Assembly: GCF_018350175.1 (NCBI RefSeq)
Contig: NC_058368.1
Location: 183,956,001-184,020,000, forward strand
From: Felis catus
Taxonomy: Eukaryota
DNA length: 64,000 nucleotides
Direction of reading: 5' to 3'
Shown here: in pieces, positions 63,582 through 64,000 of the stretch
Layout of the letters: the number at the start of each line of letters is the position of its first letter
Position numbering within the stretch: position 1 is the first letter of the stretch
Notes under the pieces: generated by a model
What the model saw: the letters and a program-made list of their open reading frames with translations, nothing else
Database searches by the model: none
What the model was told of the DNA's origin: nothing
Position numbers and translations under genes: made by a program

Positions 63582-63793
63582 TTTTTTTTAAGTTTATTTA
63601 TTTAGTTTTAAGAGAGAGAGAGAGAATAAGTGGGAGAGGGCCGGAGATAGAGGGAGAGAGAGAGAATCCCAAGCAGGCTCCTCACTGACAGCACAGAGCC
63701 CAATGTGGGGTTCGAACTCACAAACTATGAGATCAAGACCCGAGCTGAAACCAAGACTTGGACGCTCAACCGACTGAGCAACCCAGGCTCCCC
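63582..63793 (-). mobile_element. Can-SINE
   Basis: Reverse SINE body; degenerate TSD taaaatg(a/c)tg. Confidence 0.94.
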
Positions 63794-64000
63794 TAAAATG
63801 CTGTACTTTTATTTTGAAATGCCCTCTGCTACAACCCTTCAAGAAATTCTTAAAGACTTCTTAAAGAAATTTAACTGAGATTATAAAGTGTAGAGAAGGA
63901 AGAAGACACAGTTAACACTCAAGTCTCCTCATCCAGAGATGTTGCCAGGGAATTTTCAGGGATTCCAAAGGATTCTGTTTTGAGAGTTTTTGTACTGTGC

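Noticed and set aside
6420..63842. Recurrent similar ORFs (MAQSVK..VMIS..EPASDSVSPSLS)
   Set aside because: They are translations of Can-SINE copies, not a gene family.
1..64000. A novel multi-gene biological system
   Set aside because: No intact coding genes or coordinated architecture beyond known mammalian repeats and candidate regulatory DNA could be supported from the sequence alone.

Overview
Mammalian, AT-rich, non-coding DNA from a felid (cat family). About 23 tRNA-derived Can-SINEs of the feline SINEC_Fc type, most with intact target-site duplications (TSDs), point to this origin, as do carnivore/felid L1 3' ends. They sit on an older eutherian repeat layer: MIR, L2, MLT1 MaLR LTRs and MER5/20/33/45/58/103 hAT elements. 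No intact protein-coding gene, RNA gene or CRISPR array is supportable. The ORF track is almost entirely SINE-, microsatellite- or chance-derived. Best-supported items: (i) a decayed hAT-Charlie transposase at 1-~3140, invaded by an L1 3' end and a probable Gypsy-type LTR; (ii) stacked retrotransposon insertions reusing one target site (6.4-6.9 kb and 56.8-57.65 kb); (iii) a very young CpG-intact SINE; (iv) a close inverted SINE pair; (v) a perfect 45-bp duplication with a templated junction. Several repeat-free blocks carry enhancer-like motif clusters and minus-strand splice signals, possibly exons of a non-coding or alternative transcript; this is inference only. I did not find a convincing novel biological system. 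Repeat subfamily names come from recalled consensus sequences and need RepeatMasker/Dfam confirmation.
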